A DNA stretch of 64,000 nucleotides from the human T2T-CHM13v2.0 reference genome, Homo sapiens. The DNA is taken from the NCBI RefSeq assembly GCF_009914755.1, contig NC_060942.1. One strand, written 5' to 3'. Below the pieces are notes generated by a model. The model was given only the letters and a program-made list of their open reading frames with translations. It was not told where the DNA came from and made no database searches. The number at the start of each line of letters is the position of its first letter. Position 1 is the stretch's first letter. Shown piece by piece: positions 54,391 through 64,000 of the stretch. The position numbers were made by a program, and so were the translations under genes.

Positions 54391-55174
54391 ATGTATTGCA
54401 AGCATGTCTAGTTTCTATTTATATGCTTAAAGCATACTTCATATTTATGTAGCTTTATTTCTATTAACTAAATTGGCAATATGTATAAATAGTTTATGTG
54501 AACAATAACAATGTGGAAGGTTAGAGGAATTGAGGAAGCTGAGAATCTCTGCTCTCCTTCTAGGAAATGTCTCCACTGTTTAACTTTAACTTCCTTTAAT
54601 CTATGCCCAACCCGAGTGTGACCATACACAGATTATTTTACTGGTCATATTATTGCAAAGATTCTAGTGGTTATCAATGTGTCTGTACATTTTAAAGTTT
54701 AGTTTTCAAGTTTTAAGCATTTTGTTTATAATGTTTAAGTATTTATTTTTCCATTTAGCTTTTGTAAAATTGTGAAGCCGTGAAAATGTGTCTATGAGAT
54801 TACGGTCTAACTCAAATGCTTTATTCCACGATCCTCTGTAAAATTCTGGCGTTGAAATCTTTATAAATTAACTGAATTAACAAACATGCCATTACTCCAA
54901 TCAAAACCTCAGGGATTTTTGTAATACTATGCAAATATCATTTTTAAAGTTATCTAATGGACAATTAAGCAAGAATTTGTCTAATGGACAAAGTTCTCAA
55001 GAATAACCACGAGAGAGAGAGTTTCTATTACCATAATGGAACTGAAATAATAGTATGTGCCCACAATAATTATAGTTGAATATTTGTCAGATTCATAGAT
55101 GAAGTGAAATGCTTTATTGATACATGTAGCAAAAGAAAACATAGGAAAAAAGATTTTAAATAAACAAAATTTAA

Positions 55175-55435
55175 TATTCAACCAACAAATATTTATTGAT
55201 CAACATTTATGTATTTTTCTGAATATTTGGGATACTTCAATAAGTGAACTAGAAAAAGATCATTTCTTTTACATGCATATTAGGATAGACACATAATTAT
55301 TTAAATTATGTAGTATTTAAATGATGGTGAGGGTTATGGAGAAAAAGGGGAGAATAGTAAAAGGGTCAGTTATATCACAATATAGAGTAGCAATGGTAGT
55401 TAAACTTCATTAAAAGGAAAGTATTTGAGTTAGGA
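55175..55435 (-). mobile_element. L2 3' end relic
   Basis: attcaaccaacaaatatttattgatcaacatttatg is the antisense L2 tail. Confidence 0.6.
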
Positions 55436-55944
55436 ATTGGCACCGTATATGAAAAATAATGTGAACAAAATCAAAAGACAAATGAACATCTAGAAAAAAG
55501 TCACAAATAAGATATATATTTCGTTAATATCATCAAATGACAATTCAAGAAAACAGCTCTCAAAATATTTTTATAAATGTATATTAAAATAATTATTTTA
55601 ACCTACGAATTTGGCAACAATTTAAAGCTTGACAAAATGAACATTTAATACTGTGACATATTTTCTTACTCAGTTGAAGGAAACGCACATTATCACACAT
55701 TTTCTGGAAGAAAAGAAGTCAGAATATGCCCACATATATTAAAAATATCAATATACTTTACCAGTAATTTAACTTATAGGAGTTCATCCTAAGAAATTTA
55801 TCAAAGATTGGGGTTTGTTAAAGGTTTATGTACATGGAGAAATGAGAAATCTGAAAACAACCCAAATATCTAACAGAAAAGAAGTAATCAAATACTTTTT
55901 GGTGTATTCTTTTATTCTAACCCTCTCTGTAATTAGTCAGTACT

Positions 55945-56422
55945 TCAGGGACTCACTACTACCACCACCCTACTCCATTGCCATCATTTGATGACAAGTA
56001 GTAATCTCCTAAGTTTGTTCTGTGCATGTATTGTGCAACAAATTCTTTGACCAATATTTTCTGAACAGGGAGCCAGACAGATCTTTACAAATTAAATCCA
56101 ACATACTCACATTCTTGCTCTAAAATAGAGAAGAAAGTCATTAACACATCCTACAGAAAGTATTATCAATATTTAATGTACCCTATAATTCCCTGGAGGG
56201 CTAGGGCCTTGTCCAAGTTCTCAAAGTTCATTTCACAACCATGTTCCTGTTCTGAGTCTGGTCGTCCTTGTTCTTTTTCAGCTTCTTTAATGTACCATAC
56301 ATACCCATGTAACATGACCATTGCATATGCTACTTCCTTTAGCATATAGAAGGCACTCAAATATTTAGTGGTTGAAGAATGCACAAACTAATGATTGAAT
56401 GAATGAAAAGAATGAATGAAAA
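55945..56422 (+). mobile_element. L2 3' end relic
   Basis: Ends agcatatagaaggcactcaaatatttagtggttgaa...(tgaa)n. Confidence 0.7.
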
Positions 56423-59221
56423 ATGTGTCTGAGTATAATGGAGTGCAATGCAGAGAATTTAATCTTATTTTAAACCATAGTGTCTAAGGTAATATAATTG
56501 ACTGCTCAAAGTGTATATTCAGGATTGAAAAGTAAATATTGTGGGAAATGGGAAATGATAAACATGTTGAAACTGGCAATACAATATGATATTCAGTAGA
56601 CATCATTTATCAGATAATTGGTGTGGGTTCAGGTATGGGATTGCATATAGAAACGTCAGTGTCCTCTGCTCAGATGGGACCATTTAACCCATCAGCAGTT
56701 TAACTCAAAAAGTCTTTTTAATGTACTGATTATATTGAAAACATTTTATTCAGTGATGGGGAAATAAAACTGAAGAAGGCGCATTTCTCTCTCGATTATA
56801 TTTTAGTCTAATAAGGAGGTTGTACCATAAAAACAATTTCAGAATACAGAAAGTGAATGCAGCACCTGAATATTGCAATAAGGTTTCTGAGAAGAGAAAC
56901 TGTTATAAAAATAGAAATGTAGAAATATGTATTTACTTTCCCAATTTAGGCACATTGCTTCACAGAATTCCTGCTGAATATAAATAATTTCCAGCATATG
57001 GTAAAAACACATTATAGGGACTGTGACTAAATGACTATTCCTTAACTTGTTATGAAATGTCAAAATTAAGTGATGTGATTTGTGATTTGGTCATAGATTT
57101 TTCTTTCTTTCTTTAGGTATCTAGTCATAGGGGAGATTTTGTTAAGTGTAGAAGACAAAGGCAACGTGAAAGCTAAGAACTACCAAAGAAATTCTCTCTG
57201 CTTGATGTCAGAAAACTTACTGATCCTTCTCCCCCAAATGAATATTTTGACACATTTCTGTTGAGATTCTGGAAGTCCAGGACTTCAAATGAAAAAGAAT
57301 GTGAAAGTGCCTTAAAGGCAAGATCAATCTATCATATATTTGACACCATTTTGTAACTATGTGTCATTATCTGAAGCAATGAGCTCATGAAAAGCACATG
57401 GATCACTAAACTAGTCAGTGAATTGAGCAGGTTCACTTGTAGCTGAGTGACCTTGTGCAAGCCACGTAGCCTCTCTTTGCCTCAGTTAGCCAATTGTGAA
57501 AAGCTGCTTCTAGTAAATGACTCTGCAATTCCACCAAGTTCTACAGAGCAATCTAGAATAGCATATTTTTAAAAACATATAGATAATAAATAAGACATGG
57601 AAATATCCTAAAAAATAAGACAGCCAAGTAAATTTTGCATATGAAAATGGTTCCATGAAGAGTTAAGAGAATAAGAAATATCACTTAAAAGTAATAAAGA
57701 AAATAGAAGAAATATAAATTCACTCACAGATAACATCTTTATTAAATATCATTTGCCCATTACAACGATTCTGAGCAAGTTAAACCTCCTTTTAACACGG
57801 TAACATTATAGAAAATAAACAAAATCACTGAAAAAATAGATCTTGCCTTGAAAATGAATAATATTTCTTTACATTAAGGTATTTAACTCATTCTTTACTA
57901 ACATTAAATGGAAATAGTTATTTTCCATTTATGAAATATGTCCACATGTTATTCTTCCACATATTTATTTTACAGAAGAAATTGAGTTTCACAAAATTAA
58001 AATGACTTGTCTACTCTCATTAGCTAAAAACTGGTAAAAAACCCCAAGTTATGTTTATATTTTTAAATTACAAATTTAAGCTTTATCTTCATACATGATT
58101 TGCATGGCTAACATTTATATTTCATAGAGGAAGAAAGTTTTGTCACACAATTCATGTAGTTAAGGATGTTTGTTTCAAAACAAATATATTAGTATCTCAA
58201 CTGAATTTTTCCCAAATAAAGACCTATTAACAACAACAGAAAGCTTACAAATTAATTCCAGGGCCCATTAACAGAGGCAGGACCTTTAATTATAGGCAAT
58301 GACCTCAGCATTTGTTTTACCACACATGCACAGGCTGGTCTGTGCACCTTTGCCCTCCACCCTGCAAAGCACAGGCTGGACTATAACATGCTACTTGATC
58401 AGATAATAAGACAATATAATGTGTGGCAGTCTATGATTTTACCAGCTGTATCTGAAAATACGATTCAATGGGCCTGGCTGGTAAGGTTTCCTACATCAGT
58501 GAACAGGAGGCAACAAGTCGTGAACAGTATTGTGCAGCCATTACCAGTACAGGCAGCCTCTGCCTTAATGCAGTCACATAACATGGCTGCCTAACTGACC
58601 TGAAACACTATCAAAATTGCCGTCTCCATTTTAAATCTGTTGAACACAAGGAAAAACACAATTTCTCTCAGAAATTGCTCACTGATCTCAGAATGGGTTA
58701 TACAATTATGAAAATGATAATTAATCAGTCTGGTTATTAGTTCAGCACTAGAAGATGATCCGGGGATACTGTGCCAATAAAAAGCTGAATGATCATGTGT
58801 GATTGCTGTAGTCTGTATTTTAGGTGCCTCCCTGCTACCTATGTAGTCGAATGGAGGTATGATAACGTACCTGACCTAGCAACTATTATGAGGATGCTGT
58901 GATATACTAAACATGAGATCGCTTTGAAAATGTTCTACAATATATATTACACCAGCCTGATACATCAATATGTATTTGTACCTCTTCTTTCTCAGAACTC
59001 TAAAAACACTATTACAATATGAGAACGAAAACAATATGACAGCATATGAATTGTCACATTCTAATCAACTGCATTTTAAATGGTTTTATATGTCCAAGCA
59101 ATTCCAAGCAGTATGAGACATGTGAAGTTAATAATGTTAGCAACTAACAGATTTAAATATTTAGTACATGATAATCTCTGTGATAAATATCGGTTACTTC
59201 CTTTGATCCTCCCAGTGATTC

Positions 59222-59692
59222 TGAAGCAGGGCAAGTGAACCCTAAAGTAGGACTTAGCCTAGGAGGGTTCTTGCCTCTCCCCAGGAAATAATTCAAGGGC
59301 AAGCCAGAGGTAGCAGAAAACAACTTTATTGAAGCAGCAGCGTTACAACTCCCGTGGTGTTACAGCTCCATGACTGCTCCTGCAGAGCAGGGCTACCCCA
59401 TAGGTAAGAGTGGCAGCTCAGGGCACTTTTGCAGTTATATTTATATCTACTTTAATTACATGCAGATTAAGGGGCAGTTTATGCAGAAATTTCTAGGAGA
59501 GTTAACTTTTGGATCCTCAGGTCATTGTCACGGAAAGGGGTGGTAACGCCCAGTTGTTGCCATGGCAATGGTCAACTGACATGGCACACTGGTGGGCGTA
59601 TCTTATGGAAAGCTGCTTCTGCCTCCTCTGCTAGTCCTCAATTTGGGCTGGTGTCCAAAGCCAAACTCCAGAGTTAAGTCCTGCCTCCTCCC
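59222..59692 (-). mobile_element. ERV1 solo LTR, MER66-like, inserted into an antisense MIR (~59135-59850)
   Basis: gttgccatggcaatggtcaactgacatggcacactggtgggcgtatcttatg is the antisense of the core seen at ~39945-39990. tttatt (antisense polyA signal) at 59325. MIR text flanks both sides. Confidence 0.8.
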
Positions 59693-60046
59693 TTCTACAA
59701 AGAAGGTGCTGTTATTATCTGAGTTCCAAAAGGAGAAAACTGGATCTTAAAAAGATTGAACAATTTCGTCACTATTACAGTTAAAAACTGCTGAAGCGCC
59801 CTTATTAGGATTCAGTATATCTGACTCCATTTTCTTAACCACTAATAATATTAATTCGTAGAGAGGTTAACTATAAAGTTTCTCAAAATTACATTAACAA
59901 GTTCAACATTGTAATGTGGAAAATATATTTTTCCTTTTTTTTTTCTCTGTATTGCTGGTCACTGGTGTTGGAACTTGGTTACTCCAAAGTTGGCAGGGGT
60001 TTCTGTTTGAGACAGGAGAATAAAGAAGTTAAAGACTGACAATGAG

Positions 60047-60404
<358 letters not shown>

Positions 60405-61697
60405 TTACTGATTTAAACCCCCAAAGTCATTTCCAAGTCCTGGTCGTCATTTGCTTGTTTTAATCGCAAGAATTTTTGTCTCTGTTTTTCCCCCAATATA
60501 CCTCTTGCAGTTTAGAAGTAAGATTATTCTCCTTTCCTGATCCACTGTAGAATAGCCACATGCCTATAGATTTTTTCAATCTATCTTTTTTTTTCCTCCT
60601 CAAGGACATTGGAAATTTTCATAGGCCTTAGCAGCAATAGGGAAGAGTGAGTGAATTTTAAAGGTGAAAAGATCCTCCCAAAAGGAGACTGGCAGTAATG
60701 CTGGCCTCTGGCATTTTTTGGAATATAAATGGAGTTAAGCTATGCTTCCCTATATGCTCATGGTTAATACTGAGTATTCTCAAGTGTGTACTTTCCAAAA
60801 GTACCAATGATTTAGAACTTTCATACTTGAGTAAAATAAACTATAAAATGTCTTCTAATGATAAATATTTGCCTGGCACACAAAAGAACATTAATTAACA
60901 AATCTTCATACTGTTTACTCCCTGAACACCTATGATAGGTGTTATATTGAGCATCCGTCACAGTCCTAAATGTCAAAAGCCCTCATAAAACTTGGTGAAA
61001 TTGCCCTCGCCTAACTGCTTTAGTGTATGTATTATTATTTTTGACATAGATATAATTTCAAAATGCTCTTTCTATTTTTGACAGTGAGAAAATAATTATT
61101 GTTTTCACTGTATAAAGTACGAGTTATTTTTTGATTGTAGGACTTCTACACGCTTTTCACCTTTTTTAGACTTAAAGCATGTATATAGTGTGACCAATTA
61201 AATAAGATCAATAAGTAGAAAATCAAGAGTCATTTTTTATTTGTCAAACTGTTTGGATTTTCATTATTAGAAAATGAAACAAACTAATCTGGAAACTATC
61301 CAGTAATCATTGATGTGAAAATAATCTGAAATTAAATTGCATCTCTCTTTATTCATATATGATGATTATTACAGGATTATAGTTTTTAAACATGAAAGTT
61401 GCATCCACCTTTCTCCTACCACTCTAGGCTGAGAACCTTGGGGTTATCTTCAATTTTGAATTATATATTACTTCTGAAAATCTTAACATCAATAATTTCC
61501 CATGTGTATTCTTTTCCATTACTACAAACTTGATCCTAATTCTGGTCCTAAATGATTCATAGATAGAGAAGTGAGTTTGTTACCAACATGCCTACTGTCT
61601 TTTCCACTTTAGTTTACCCAGAAAATATCTTTCTTCACATGTTTCCTATTATTAACATCTTAACAAACTTTGTAACTCTTATCTTTTCCTCGATCAT

Positions 61698-64000
<2,303 letters not shown>

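Overview
Primate (very probably human-like) nuclear genomic DNA that is AT-rich, CpG-poor and dominated by interspersed repeats. I see no credible protein-coding gene, RNA gene or CpG-island promoter, and almost every ORF in the track is an L1, Alu, LTR or microsatellite by-product. Main contents: a degenerate two-LTR ERVL provirus (LTR16/HERV16-like, ~4.1-7.2 kb); a near full-length old L1MA (~12.8-27.4 kb) with nested Alus, MER1B, a compound L1PA insertion and a 2.2-kb TA-rich minisatellite; a complete THE1 element; two MER66-like solo LTRs; several other L1s; nine Alus plus one FLAM; and MIR/L2 relics. I found no convincing new biological system. The best second-look items are structural: a 139-bp near-perfect palindrome in non-repeat DNA (53159-53297), an old inverted duplication inside the ERVL, an L1 insertion with two 3' ends inside one TSD, a three-piece antisense L1 mosaic, and a two-piece templated copy of local L1 sequence beside the TA tract. 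Repeat subfamily names come from recalled consensus sequences, not from a search. Boundaries of old repeats are approximate.
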